Of a stretch of DNA of 64,000 nt, positions 1 to 15,165 are shown one piece after another (position 1 is the stretch's first letter; each line of letters opens with the position of its first letter). Location of the stretch: the NCBI GenBank assembly GCA_964016885.1, contig OZ024743.1, positions 101,122,001-101,186,000 on the forward strand, read 5' to 3'. Under the pieces are notes generated by a model. It saw nothing but the letters and a program-made list of their open reading frames with translations. It was not told where the DNA came from and ran no database searches. The position numbers and the translations under genes were made by a program. This stretch comes from Eledone cirrhosa. Its lineage: Eukaryota.

Positions 1-3000
1 TTTCTATATATTCCCCACTCTTTCTATATATTCCTCACTCTTTCTAGATATTCCCCACTCTTTCTATATATTCATCACTCATTCTATATATTCCTCACTT
101 TTCCTACAATATATTCCTCACTCTTTCTATATATTCCCCACTCTTTCTATATCTTCCCCACTCTTTCTATATATTCCTCACTGTTTCTATATACTCCCCA
201 CTCTTTCTATATATTCATCACTCATTCTATATCTTCCTCACTCTTTCTATATATTCCCCACTCTTTCTATATCTTCCTCACTCTTTCTATATATTCCTCA
301 CTCTTTCTATATATTCCCCACTCTTTCTATATATTCCTCACTCTTTCTATATATTCCCCACTCTTTCTATATATTCCTCACTCTTTCTATATATTCCCGA
401 CTCTTTCTATATATTCCCCACTCTTTCTATATATTCCCCACTCTTTCTATATATTCCTCACTCTTTCTATATATTCCCCACTCTTTCTATATAGTCCCCA
501 CTCTTTCTATGTATTCCCCACTCTTTCTATATATTCCTCACTCATTCTATATATTCCCCACTCTTTCTATATATTCCCCACTCATTCTATATCTTCCTCA
601 CTCTTTCTATATATTCCCCACTCTTTCTATATAGTCCCCACTCTTTCTATGTATTCCCCACTCTTTCTATATATTCCTCACTCATTCTATATATTCCCCA
701 CTCTTTCTATATATTCCCCACTCTTTCTATATATTCCTCACTCTTTCTAGATATTCCCCACCCTTTCTATATATTCATCACTCATTCTATATATTCCTCA
801 CTTTTCCTACAATATATTCCTCACTGTTTCTATATACTCCCCACTCTTTCTATATATTCATCACTCTTTCTATATCTTCCTCACTCTTTCTATATATTCC
901 TCACTCTTTCTATATATTCATCACTCTTTCTATATCTTCCTCACTCTTTCTATATATTCCTCACTCTTTCTATATATTCCCCACTCTTTCTATATTTTCC
1001 CCACTCTTTCTATATATTCCTCACTGTTTCTATATACTCCCCACTCTTTCTATATATTCATCACTCATTCTATATCTTCCTCACTCTTTCTATATATTCC
1101 TCACTCTTTCTATATATTCCCCACTCTTTCTATATATTCCCCACTCTTTTTATATATTCCCCACTCTTTCTATATATTCCCGACTCTTTCTATATAATCC
1201 CCACTCTTTTGATATATTCCCCACTCTTTCTATATATTCCTCACTCTTTCTATATATTCTCCACTCTTTCTATAATATATTCCTCACTCTTTCTATATAT
1301 TCCCCACTCTTTCTATATATTCCCCACTCTTTCTATATAGTCCCCACTCTTTCTATATATTCCTCACTCTTTCTCTATATTCCTCACTCTTTCTATATAT
1401 TCCTCACTCCTTCTCGATATTCCCCACTCTTTCTATATATTCCTCACTCCTTCTATATATTCCTCACTCTTTCTATATATTCCTCACTCTTTCTATATAT
1501 TCCCCACTCTTTCTATATATTCCTCACTCTTTCTATATATTCCCCACTTATTCTATATATTCCTCACTCTTTCTATATATTCCTCACTCTTTCTATATAT
1601 TCCCCACTCTTTCTATATATTCGTCACTCTTTCTATATATTCCCCACTCTTTCTATATATTCCCCACTCTTTCTATATATTCCTCACTCTTTCTATATAT
1701 TCCTCACTCTTTCTATATATTTCCCACTCTTTCTATAATATCTTCCCCTCTCTTTCTATATATTCCCCACTCTTTCTATATATCCCTCACTCTTTCTATA
1801 TATTCCTCACTCTTTCTACATATTCCCCACTCTTTCTACATAATCCCCATTATTCTATATATTCCCCACTCTTTCTATATATTCCCCACTCTTTCTATAT
1901 ATTCCTCACTCTTTCTATAATATCTTCCCCACTCTTTCTATATATATTCCCCACTCTTTCTATATATTCCTCACTCTTTCTAGATATTCCCCACTCTTTC
2001 TATATATTCATCACTCATTCTATATATTCCTCACTTTTCCTACAATATATTCCTCACTCTTTCTATATATTCCCCACTCTTTCTATATCTTCCCCACTCT
2101 TTCTATATATTCCTCACTGTTTCTATATACTCCCCACTCTTTCTATATATTCATCACTCATTCTATATCTTCCTCACTCTTTCTATATATTCCTCACTCT
2201 TTCTATATATTCCCCACTCTTTCTATATATTCCTCACTCTTTCTATATATTCCCCACTCTTTCTATATATTCCTCACTCTTTCTATATATTCCCCACTCT
2301 TTTTATATATTCCCCACTCTTTCTATATATTCCCGACTCTTTCTATATATTCCCCACTCATTCTATATATTCCCCACTCTTTCTATATATTCCCCACTCA
2401 TTCTATATCTTCCTCACTCTTTCTATATATTCCCCACTCTTTCTATATAGTCCCCACTCTTTCTATGTATTCCCCACTCTTTCTATATATTCCTCACTCA
2501 TTCTATATATTCCCCACTCTTTCTATATATTCCCCACTCTTTCTATATATTCCTCACTCTTTCTAGATATTCCCCACCCTTTCTATATATTCATCACTCA
2601 TTCTATATATTCCTCACTTTTCCTACAATATATTCCTCACTCTTTCTATATATTCCCCACTCTTTCTATATATTCCCGACTCTTTCTATATATTCCCCAC
2701 TCTTTCTATATATTCCCCACTCTTCTATATATTCCTCACTCTTTTTATATATTCCCCACTCTTTCTATATATTCCTCACTCTTTCTATATCTTCCCCACT
2801 CTTTCTATATATTCCCCACTCTTTCTATATATTCCCCACTCTTTCTATATATTCCTCACTCTTTCTATATATTCCCCACTCTTTCTATATATTCCTCACT
2901 CTTTCTATATATTCCAAACTCTTTCTATAATATCTTCCACACTCTTTCTATATATTCCTCACTCTTTCTATATATATTCCTCACTCTTTCTATATATTCC

Positions 3001-6000
3001 TCACTCTTTCTACATATTCCCCACTCTTTCTACATATTCCCCATTATTCTATATATTCCCCACTCTTTCTATATATTCCCCACTCTTTCTATATATTCCT
3101 CACTCTTTCTATAATATCTTCCCCACTCTTTCTATATATATTCCCCACTCTTTCTTCATATTCCCTACTCTTTCTATATATTCCTAACTCTTTCTACATA
3201 TTCCTCACTCTTTCTATATATTCCTCACTCTTTCTATATATTCCCCACTCTTCTATATATTCCTCACTCTTTCTATATATTCCCCACTCTTTCTATATAT
3301 TCCTCACTCTTTCTATATCTTCCCCACTCTTTCTATATATTCCCCACTCTTTCTATATATTCCCCACTCTTTCTATATATTCCTCACTCTTTCTATATAT
3401 TCCCCACTCTTTCTATATATTCCTCACTCTTTCTATATATTCCAAACTCTTTCTATAATATCTTCCACACTCTTTCTATATATTCCTCACTCTTTCTATA
3501 TATATTCCTCACTCTTTCTACATATTCCTCACTCTTTCTATATATTCCTCACCCTTTCTATATATTCCTCACTCTTTCTATATATTCACCACACTTTCTA
3601 TATATTCCTAACTCTTTCTATAATATATTCCCCACTCTTTCTATATATTCCTCACTCTTTCCATATATTCCTCACTCTTTCTCTATATTCCCCACTCTTT
3701 CTATATATTCCCCACTGTTTCTATATATTCCTCACTCTTTCTTTAATATATTCCCCACACTTTCTATATATTCCTCATTCTTTCTATATATTCCTCATTC
3801 TTTCTATATATTCCTCACACTTTTTATATATTTCCCACTCTTTCTATATATTCCCCACTCTTTCTATATATTCCTCACTCTTTCTATATATTCCTCACTC
3901 TTTCTATATATTCCTCACTCTTTCTATATATTCCCTATTCTTTCTATAATATATTCCCCACTCTTTCTATATATTCCCCACTCTTTTTATATATTCCCTA
4001 CTCTCTCTATATATTCCTCACTCTTTCTATAATATATTCCCTATTCTTTCTATATATTCCCCACTCTTTCTATGTATTCCCCACTCTTTCTATATATTCC
4101 TCGCTCATTCTATATATTCCCCACTCTTTCTATATATTCCCCACTCTTTCTATATATTCCTCACTCTTTCTAGATATTCCCCACTCTTTCTATATATTCA
4201 TCACTCATTCTATATATTCCTCACTTTTCCTACAATATATTCCTCACTCTTTCTATATATTCCCCACTCTTTCTATATCTTCCCCACTCTTTCTATATAT
4301 TGCTCACTGTTTCTATATACTCCCCACTCTTTCTATATATTCATCACTCATTCTATATCTTCCTCACTCTTTCTATATATTCCTCACTCTTTCTATATAT
4401 TTCCCACTCTTTCTATATATTCCTCACTCTTTCTATATATTCCCCACTCTTTCTATATATTCCTCACTCTTTCTATATATTCCACACTCTTTCTATATAT
4501 TCCTCACTCTTTCTATATATTCCCCACTCTTTCTATGTATTCCCCACTCTTTCTATATATTCCTCACTCTTTCTATATATTCCCCACTCTTTCTATATAT
4601 TCCCCACTCTTTTTATATATTCCCCACTCTTTCTATATATTCCCGACTCTTTCTATATATTCCCCACTCTTTCTATATATTCCCCACTCTTTCTATATAT
4701 TCCTCACTCTTTCTATATATTCCCCACTCTTTCTATATAGTCCCCACTCTTTCTATGTATTCCCCACTCTTTCTATATATTCCTCACTCATTCTATATAT
4801 TCCCCACTCTTTCTATATATTCCCCACTCATTCTATATCTTCCTCACTCTTTCTATATATTCCCCACTCTTTCTATATAGTCCCTACTCTTTCTATGTAT
4901 TCCCCACTCTTTCTATATATTCCTCACTCATTCTATATATTCCCCACTCTTTCTATATATTCCCCACTCATTCTATATCTTCCTCACTCTTTCTATATAT
5001 TCCCCACTCTTTCTATATAGTCCCCACTCTTTCTATGTATTCCCCACTCTTTCTATATATTCCTCACTCATTCTATATATTCCCCACTCTTTCTATATAT
5101 TCCCCACTCTTTCTATATACTCCCCACTCTTTCTATATATTCATCACTCTTTCTATATCTTCCTCACTCTTTCTATATATTCCTCACTCTTTCTATATAT
5201 TCATCACTCTTTCTATATCTTCCTCACTCTTTCTATATATTCCTCACTCTTTCTATATATTCCCCACTCTTTCTATATCTTCCCCACTCTTTCTATATAT
5301 TCCTCACTGTTTCTATATACTCCCCACTCTTTCTATATATTCATCACTCATTCTATATCTTCCTCACTCTTTCTATATATTCCTCACTCTTTCTATATAT
5401 TCCCCACTCTTTCTATATATTCCCCACTCTTTTTATATATTCCCCACTCTTTCTATATATTCCCGACTCTTTCTATATAATCCCCACTCTTTTGATATAT
5501 TCCCCACTCTTTCTATATATTCCCCACTCTTTCTATATATTCCTCACTCTTTCTATATATTCTCCACTCTTTCTATAATATATTCCTCACTCTTTCTATA
5601 TATTCCCCACTCTTTCTATATATTCCCCACTCTTTCTATATAGTCCCCACTCTTTCTATATATTCCTCACTCTTTCTGTATATTCCTCACTCTTTCTATA
5701 TATTCCTCACTCCTTCTCGATATTCCCCACTCTTTCTATATATTCCTCACTCCTTCTATATATTCCTCACTCTTTCTATATATTCCTCACTCTTTCTATA
5801 TATTCCCCACTCTTTCTATATATTCCTCACTCTTTCTATATATTCCCCACTTATTCTATATATTCCTCACTCTTTCTATATATTCCTCACTCTTTCTATA
5901 TATTCCCCACTCTTTCTATATATTCGTCACTCTTTCTATATATTCCCCACTCTTTCTATATATTCCCCACTCTTTCTATATATTCCTCACTCTTTCTATA

Positions 6001-9000
6001 TATTCCTCACTCTTTCTATATATTCCCCACTCTTTCTATATATTCCTCACTCTTTCTATGTATTTCCCACTCTTTCTATATATTTCCCACTCTTTCTATA
6101 TATTCCCCACTCTTTCTATATATTCTTCACTCTTTCTATAATATATCCCCCACACTTTCTATATATTCCCCACTCTTTCTATATATTCCTCACTCTTTCT
6201 ATATATTCCTCACTCTTTCTATATATTTCCCACTCTTTCTATAATATCTTCCCCTCTCTTTCTATATATTCCCCACTCTTTCTATATATCCCTCACTCTT
6301 TCTATATATTCCTCACTCTTTCTACATATTCCCCACTCTTTCTACATATTCCCAATTATTCTATATATTCCCCACTCTTTCTATATAGTCCCCACTCTTT
6401 CTATGTATTCCCCACTCTTTCTATATATTCCTCACTCATTCTATATATTCCCCACTCTTTCTATATATTCCCCACTCTTTCTATATATTCCTCACTCATT
6501 CTATATATTCCCCACTCTTTCTATATATTCCCCACTCTTTCTATATATTCCTCACTCTTTCTATATATTCCCCACTCTTTCTATATCTTCCCCACTCTTT
6601 CTATATATTGCTCACTGTTTCTATATACTCCCCACTCTTTCTATATATTCATCACTCATTCTATATCTTCCTCACTCTTTCTATATATTCCTCACTCTTT
6701 CTATATATTCCCCACTCTTTCTATATATTCCTCACTCTTTCTATATATTCCCCACTCTTTCTATATACTCCCCACTCTTTCTATATATTCATCACTCATT
6801 CTATATATTCCCGACTCTTTCTATATATTCCCCACTCTTTCTATATATTCCCCACTCTTTCTATATATTCCTCACTCTTTCTATATATTCACCACTCTTT
6901 CTATATAGTCCCCACTCTTTCTATGTATTCCCCACTCTTTCTATATATTCCTCACTCATTCTATATATTCCCCACTCTTTCTATATATTCCCCACTCATT
7001 CTATATCTTCCTCACTCTTTCTATATAATCCCCACTCTTTCTAGATATTCCCCACCCTTTCTATATATTCATCACTCATTCTATATATTCCCCACTCTTT
7101 CTATATATTCCTCACTCTTTCTATATATTCCCCACTCTTTCTATATCTTCCTCACTCTTTCTATATATTCCCCACTCTTTCTATATATTCCCGACTCTTT
7201 CTATATATTCCCCACTCTTTCTATATATTCCCCACTCTTTCTATATATTCCTCACTCTTTCTATATATTCCCCACTCTTTCTATATAGTCCCCACTCTTT
7301 CTATGTATTCCCCACTCTTTCTATATATTCCTCACTCATTCTATATATTCCCCACTCTTTCTATATATTCCCCACTCTTTCTATATATTCCTCACTCATT
7401 CTATATATTCCCCACTCTTTCTATATATTCCCCACTCTTTCACTCTTTCTAGATATTCCCCACCCTTTCTATATATTCATCACTCATTCTATATATTCCT
7501 CACTTTTCCTACAATATATTCCTCACTCTTTCTATATATTCCCCACTCTTTCTATATCTTCCCCACTCTTTCTATATATTCCTCACTGTTTCTATATACT
7601 CCCCACTCTTTCTATATATTCATCACTCTTTCTATATCTTCCTCACTCTTTCTATATATTCCTCACTCTTTCTATATATTCATCACTCTTTCTATATCTT
7701 CCTCACTCTTTCTATATATTCCTCACTCTTTCTATATATTCCCCACTCTTTCTATATCTTCCCCACTCTTTCTATATATTCCTCACTGTTTCTATATACT
7801 CCCCACTCTTTCTATATATTCATCACTCATTCTATATCTTCCTCACTCTTTCTATATATTCCTCACTCTTTCTATATATTCCCCACTTTTTCTATATATT
7901 CCCCACTCTTTTTATATATTCCCCACTCTTTCTATATATTCCCGACTCTTTCTATATAATCCCCACTCTTTTGATATATTCCCCACTCTTTCTATATATT
8001 CCTCACTCTTTCTATATATTCTCCACTCTTTCTATAATATATTCCTCACTCTTTCTATATATTCCCCACTCTTTCTATATATTCCCCACTCTTTCTATAT
8101 AGTCCCCACTCTTTCTATATATTCCTCACTCTTTCTGTATATTCCTCACTCTTTCTATATATTCCTCACTCCTTCTCGATATTCCCCACTCTTTCTATAT
8201 ATTCCTCACTCCTTCTATATATTCCTCACTCTTTCTATATATTCCTCACTCTTTCTATATATTCCCCACTCTTTCTATATATTCCTCACTCTTTCTATAT
8301 ATTCCCCACTTATTCTATATATTCCTCACTCTTTCTATATATTCCTCACTCTTTCTATATATTCCCCACTCTTTCTATATATTCGTCACTCTTTCTATAT
8401 ATTTCCCACTCTTTCTATATATTCCCCACTCTTTCTATATATTCCTCACTCTTTCTATATATTCCTCACTCTTTCTATATATTCCCCACTCTTTCTATAT
8501 ATTCCTCACTCTTTCTATGTATTTCCCACTCTTTCTATATATTTCCCACTTTTTCTATATATTCCCCACTCTTTCTATATATTCTTCACTCTTTCTATAA
8601 TATATCCCCCACACTTTCTATATATTCCCCACTCTTTCTATATATTCCTCACTCTTTCTATATATTCCTCACTCTTTCTATATATTTCCCACTCTTTCTA
8701 TAATATCTTCCCCTCTCTTTCTATATATTCCCCACTCTTTCTATATATCCCTCACTCTTTCTATATATTCCTCACTCTTTCTACATATTCCCCACTCTTT
8801 CTACATATTCCCCATTATTCTATATATTCCCCACTCTTTCTATATATTCCCCACTCTTTCTATATATTCCTCACTCTTTCTATAATATCTTCCCCACTCT
8901 TTCTATATATATTCCCCACTCTTTCTACATATTCCCTACTCTTTCTATATATTCCTAACTCTTTCTACATATTCCTCACTCTTTCTATATATTCCTCACT

Positions 9001-9350
9001 CTTTCTATATATTCCCCACTCTTCTATATATTCCTCACTCTTTTTATATATTCCCCACTCTTTCTATATATTCCTCACTCTTTCTATATCTTCCCCACTC
9101 TTTCTATATATTCCCCACTCTTTCTATATATTCCCCACTCTTTCTATATATTCCTCACTCTTTCTATATATTCCCCACTCTTTCTATATATTCCTCACTC
9201 TTTCTATATATTCCAAACTCTTTCTATAATATTTTCCACACTCTTTCTATATATTCCTCACTCTTTCTATATATATTCCTCACTCTTTCTACATATTCCT
9301 CACTCTTTCTATATATTCCTCACCCTTTCTATATATTCCTCACTCTTTCT
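1..9350. repeat. Tandem satellite, 20-bp unit TTTCTATATATTCC(C/T)CACTC, with recurring variant blocks; runs off the left edge
   Basis: Unit visible continuously for ~9.3 kb; diagnostic variants (ttttcctacaatat, cttctcgatat, ttcgtcact) recur in the same order several times. Confidence 0.98.
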
Positions 9351-9355
9351 GTAGA

Positions 9356-9900
9356 TTTAAGGAATAACATGATTGAAGGAATAACAAAATTGAAGGAATA
9401 AAAAGATTGAAGTAATAACAAGACTGAATGAATAATAAGATTGAAGGAATAACATGATTGTAGGAATAACAAGATTGAAGGAATAACAAGATTGAAGGAA
9501 TAACAAGACTGAAGGAATAACAAGATTGAAGGAATAACAAGATTGAAGGAATAACAAGAATGAAGGAATAACAAGATTGTAGAAATAACAAGATTGCAGG
9601 AATAACAAGATTGAAGGAATAACAAGATTAAAGGAATAACAAGATTGAAGGAATAAAAAGATTGAAGGAATAACAAGAATGAAGGAATAACAAGATTGAA
9701 GGGATAATATATTGAAGGAATAACAAGATTGAAAGAATAGCAAGTTTGAAGGGATAACAAGATTGAAGGAATAACAAGATTGAAGGAATAACAAGATTGA
9801 AGTAATAACAAGATTGAAAGAATAGCAAGATTGAAGGGATAACAAGATTGAAGGAATAACAAGATTGAAGGAATAACAAGATTGAAGGAATAACAATGAA
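9356..9900. repeat. Minisatellite, 17-bp unit GGAATAACAAGATTGAA
   Basis: About 30 tandem copies directly abutting the 20-bp satellite. Confidence 0.95.
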
Positions 9901-10014
9901 CCTTCCAATATAGAATAACAATGTTGTTGGCTGTAATAATTCTTTCCTTCGTTCTACGTGCTAGAGCTCGCAATTTAACGTACTAGAACATTTTTCCATA
10001 CGCTGATGCGTATA

Positions 10015-10099
<85 letters not shown>

Positions 10100-10449
10100 A
10101 TACATTTATATGTATCAGTATATAAATATAATCATGCAAGCACAGACACACTTACAAAAATACACACTCACTGACATACATTCACACAAACACACACATA
10201 CATTCACACAAACACACACAGCATAGTTTTTCCACCATCCAATTCCTTCCTTTTACACACACATAGATTCACACAAGCAGCAGACGTAAAGAGAGAGGAG
10301 TAGTATGAGGTAGTCAAACTACTCCTCTCTCTTTACATGTAACAGAATCGCAGAAATTTATATATAGATATAATGAAACACCCACATTGAAAACGATTTG
10401 GGTATGACGAACCGTATTGTCGGCTATGGTGCGATTTTACCAATTAAGA

Positions 10450-10640
10450 GGGAAGTAGATTGGCAGTATCTGTAGAGCATCGGACAATATGCTTTATGGC
10501 ATAAGGTTACGGCCCTTTATGATCTGAGTTCAAATCCTGCCGAGGTTAACTTTGCCTTTCATCATTACGGGGTCGATAAAATAAAGTACCAGTAATGCAC
10601 TGGGTATTTGCTGGCCTTGTGCCTATAGTAGAAACAATTA
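10450..10640 (+). mobile_element. tRNA-derived SINE, family A (~190 bp)
   Basis: A-box-like TGGCAGTATC, B-box GAGTTCAAATCC, central GCCTTTCATC..GGGGTCGATAAAATAAAGTACCAG, 3' end GTAGAAACAATTA; about 10 similar copies in the window. Confidence 0.9.
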
Positions 10641-10780
10641 AGGCATAGTTAACAAGAAGAAAACAAAACCTAAACAATGGTAATTCAAGCAATTGTCTAA
10701 TATCGTTATAAAGTATCTATATATGTCTCCACTAGGTATAGAGGTCTCTATCTGGTGAATATAACTTGAGCGCTTACATA

Positions 10781-10970
10781 TAATGGTTTCTACTTTTGGC
10801 ACAAGGCCAGCAATTAACCAGTGTATTACTGGTACTTTATTTTATCGACCCTTAAGGATGAAAGGTAAAGTTATCCTCGGCGGGATTTGAACTCAGAACG
10901 TAAAGGGCCATTACTCTATGCTGCAAAGCATGGCTTCTGACGCTCTACCTATACTGCCAATCCACCACCC
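10781..10970 (-). mobile_element. SINE family A
   Basis: Reverse complement of the 10450-10640 element. Confidence 0.9.
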
Positions 10971-11264
10971 TTAAGACGTATGAACATTCAAGTTGTTTGA
11001 TCGACTTATTGAATTAGCATATAAGTGGCTGAGTATTCCAGAGTATATACAGTACGTGTCTTATGTATATATATGTTTATGTGTGTAAAGAAAGAGAGGA
11101 GGGTGAAGTAGAGTGGGTAACTGACGTATTTATCTAGACCAGCTGACCCCCGTGGTAATTCCAGGCTTTCATTAGAAACAACCAGCAAGTACTAAAGATC
11201 AATATAGCATTGTCAATGTTATATCTATAATATTTTCTACACTTAATGCCATACAACATATTGA

Positions 11265-11386
11265 CGCACACACATACACACACACTCACTCTCACACATA
11301 CACACACTCTCTCTCTTTCTCACATACACATACATACTCTCTTTCACTTTCTCTCTCTCTCACTCTCTCACACACATACACACACA

Positions 11387-11417
<31 letters not shown>

Positions 11418-11846
11418 ACCCACACTCTCTCTCTCTCTCTCTCTCTCACTCTCACACATACACACACCCTCTCTCTCACTCCCACACACACACTCTCTCT
11501 CTCTCACTCTCACACATACACACACTCTCTCTCTCACTCTCACACGCACTCTATTTCACTCTCACACACACACTCTCTCTCTCTCTCACTCTCACATACA
11601 CACTCTCTCTCTCTCACTCTCACACACACACACTCTCTCTCTCTCACTCTCACTCTCACACACACACTCTCTCTCTCACTCACTCCCACACACATTCTCT
11701 CTCTCTCACTGTCTCTCACACACACACACACACTCTCTCTCTCTCTCACACTCTCTCACACATACACACACATTCTCTCTCACTCTCACACACACTCTCT
11801 CCCTCTTTCTCTCTCGCTCACTCTCTCTCTCTCTCACTCTCACACA

Positions 11847-11906
<60 letters not shown>

Positions 11907-11966
11907 ACTCGCTCACACACTCACACCTTTCTACTGATGGACGTTTTACAAGTATTTCCTCTTTTA

Positions 11967-12010
<44 letters not shown>

Positions 12011-12555
12011 ACCTGCTCTCCTCCTGCTCAGTCACACATACATACTCCTACCATTCCTTTTCCAACGTGACAGACTTTTTACACTACAGAAACAAACTTT
12101 AATGTAATAACTGTCCTAATTATATTTATCTCTTACAGTAGAAATCTCTGTAAATTTCCCCAGTTTTCGTTCTTTTCTCTCTGGTGTTCTTTTAAAACAT
12201 TGTTTCGTCCTCCGGATTGCTCGAAATAGCAGCCAAGTCTCCCTCAAATTCCATCGTATACCCTCTTAAATAAGGAGATATAAGACTATATAGTCTCCAG
12301 ATGCACTTAAAACAAACGACGGCTTGGTCATGGCTGGAACGCCTTTGGTAATATATCTGCTCGATGAGTAGCGACCTGGGACTGTTATAACAACAACAGC
12401 AACAATAAAATAACGCCATTATCTCACTAAAAAGCAGTTTTATTTATCTTTCGTTCAGTTTTCCCATATCTTTGCCCCCCCCTCGGTAATTTTGACTCCT
12501 TTCAGACCAACAACTGCTGCGCTGACAGATACACATACACACACATACACACATA

Positions 12556-12589
<34 letters not shown>

Positions 12590-13721
12590 AACACACACGC
12601 ACACACCACCACCACCACCAACAACACAACCAACACCACCAACACCACCACCAACACCAACACCACCACCACCACCACCACAACCAACACCACTACCACC
12701 AGCAACACACCAACACACCAACACCACCAACACCACCACCACCAACACCACCACCACCACCATCACCACCACCACCACCACAACCAACACCACCACTACC
12801 ACCACCTCCAACACCACCACCACCACCACCAACAACACCAACACCACCAACACCAACACCACCAACACCACCACCACCACTACCACCACCACCAACACCA
12901 CCACAACCACCAACACCACCAACACCACCACCACTACCAGCACCAACACCACCACCACCAACACCACCACCAACACCACCACCACCAACACCACCACCAC
13001 CACCAACTTAACCGCACGCTTCGCTGAACATACAAACTCTCTCATATTATAACTTTGATCTTTATTACCCGTCATCCAACACACACACAAACACACCCAA
13101 TGCACACACACACACACAATGCACACACTCACACACACACACGCACACACAATGCACACACTCACACTCACACACACACACAATGCACACACTCACACTC
13201 ACACATACACATAAACACACGCACACACAGACACACACACGTACAGGCGCACACCCACATACGCACGCACACAGACACATACAGACCAGTACACACACAT
13301 ACATACAGTGTATTGCTTTGTATTTTACCCCCTTTCCTCTTCCTTACTTTCCTCCCTCTCTCTCTATTATCCCTCCCTCTCTCTCTATCATCCTCCTCTC
13401 TCTCTCATTCCCCCTCTCTCTCTCTATCATCCCCCTCTCTCTTTCATTCCCCCTCTCTCTATCATTCCCTCTCTCTCTATCATTCCCCCTCTCTATCATC
13501 CCTCCCTCTCTAATATTTTACTACTCTCCTCCTCCGCTGTTTCAACTTCCCTTTTATTCCCCCTCCTCCTCCCACATTCTGCTCACTTTTACTCCCACTT
13601 CCATTTTTACTTGTCTTTTTGATCTTCTCTGCCTTCTCCTCTCCTCTCTCTCCCTATCTCTATCTATGTGTACGTGTGTTTGTGTGTGTGTGTGTGTATG
13701 TGTGTGTGTATGTGTGTGTAT

Positions 13722-13781
<60 letters not shown>

Positions 13782-13866
13782 ACACACAGTTATGCTACTT
13801 TGTAATTTTTACAACTATCTGTCTCTCACCCACTCTGTATAATTATATATATATGTGTGTGTGTGT

Positions 13867-13902
<36 letters not shown>

Positions 13903-13934
13903 TGGATGTATGTATGTGTGTGTGTGTATGTTGG

Positions 13935-13966
<32 letters not shown>

Positions 13967-14099
13967 ATGTGTGTGTGTGTATGTTGGGTGTATGTATGTG
14001 TATGTATGTATATAATAGCGCTACTTTGTAATACATATCTCTCTCTCTCTTTCTCTCTCTCTCTCTATATATCTATCTATCTATATATCTATCTATCTA

Positions 14100-14159
<60 letters not shown>

Positions 14160-14530
14160 CTTCTGCTCGTTTCCTTTTCATCTCTATATTTCACTGTCCT
14201 TTCATCTGCCCTATTTCTTACTACCTCCACCCTCCTTTCCCTCATCCTCTTCTACCACCACTACCACCGCCATCACCACCCTCACCGTCGCCGCCGCCGC
14301 CACCACCGCCACCACCATCCACAACCACCACCGTTGCCGCACCACAACCACCACCACCACCACTACCGCCACCACCACTACCACCACCGCCGCCACCGCC
14401 ACCACCACACTAACCACAACCACCACTACCACCACCACCACAGCCACCACTACCACCACCACCACAACCACCACTACCACCACCACCACCACCGCTACCG
14501 CCACCACCATCATCATCACACCGTTACCAC
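11265..14530. repeat. Compound microsatellite / low-complexity block: (CA)n/(CT)n, (CCA/CAA)n, (TG)n
   Basis: Direct inspection; interrupted by short unique islands at ~12070-12520 and ~13005-13080. Confidence 0.95.
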
Positions 14531-14921
14531 AAACAACCGCCCCACCATCTCATAGACTACAATTGCTCACACTCTTTTTCTATTTCTCTCTTTACCCCTC
14601 TCTGTCTCTCTCATTTATCCCCCCTCTCTCTCTTCCCCCCCCCCCCCCTACCATCCCCCTGTCGTCATTCAATAAGTCTCAATTCGTTCGTTTTCAACTT
14701 TTTTCAGGTTTCCTTTCCCTTTCATTCCTTTCATCCACCTCTAATAATTCTCTCTCCATTCTTTATCTTCATTTCTCCACCTTTCATTTGTGCCCCCCCC
14801 CCCCCCCCCACTTCAGTCAACGAGGTTGGGGAAGGGTCTAACTACGTGGTCGCCACTCAACATGCTAGAAATAACAGCAATTATAGCCGACCATCTTAAA
14901 AAATAAGACATTTTAGATAAC

Positions 14922-15165
14922 ATCTATCTAGGGCGGGTAAAATTCCCGAGATTTATGAACAAGTTCTCACCAGCGGTCTCTGTCCCTCATTATCGCTGCC
15001 ATGTCCTGCGTCTCCAACAGACCAGTGTCTGTCCTTAGGGCATCAACATACGTTAACCTTGGTCTTCCTCTTCCAGTGTGTCCATGTAGGGGCTCCCACA
15101 GGAACACTGAGTGCAATGTCAACTCTGGATGTCGGTGAGCATGTCCAGCTAACCTCAGTCTCCTC
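14922..15165 (-). mobile_element. 3' end of RTE-like LINE with TAGA tail
   Basis: Translates to RRLRLAGHAHRHPEL..LWEPLHGHTGRGRPRLTYVDAL..MRDRDRW, typical of an RTE-group C-terminus; near-identical inverted copy at 19823-20032. Confidence 0.8.

Noticed and set aside
4300-9973. Long ORFs (146-226 aa) in the satellites
   Set aside because: They are translations of 20-bp and 17-bp tandem repeats that happen to lack stops; no coding signal.
9920-9985. Short ORF MLLAVIILSFVLRARARNLTY resembling a signal peptide
   Set aside because: Only 21 codons, weak splice donor, directly abuts satellite DNA; no supporting downstream exon identified.
10450-10560. SINE heads as tRNA genes
   Set aside because: A and B boxes are present but widely spaced, there is no clean cloverleaf, and each is followed by a shared SINE body and tail.
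11246-14555. Thr/Pro/His/Val-rich 'mucin-like' ORFs
   Set aside because: Produced by (CA)n, (CCA)n and (TG)n microsatellites, open in several frames on both strands.
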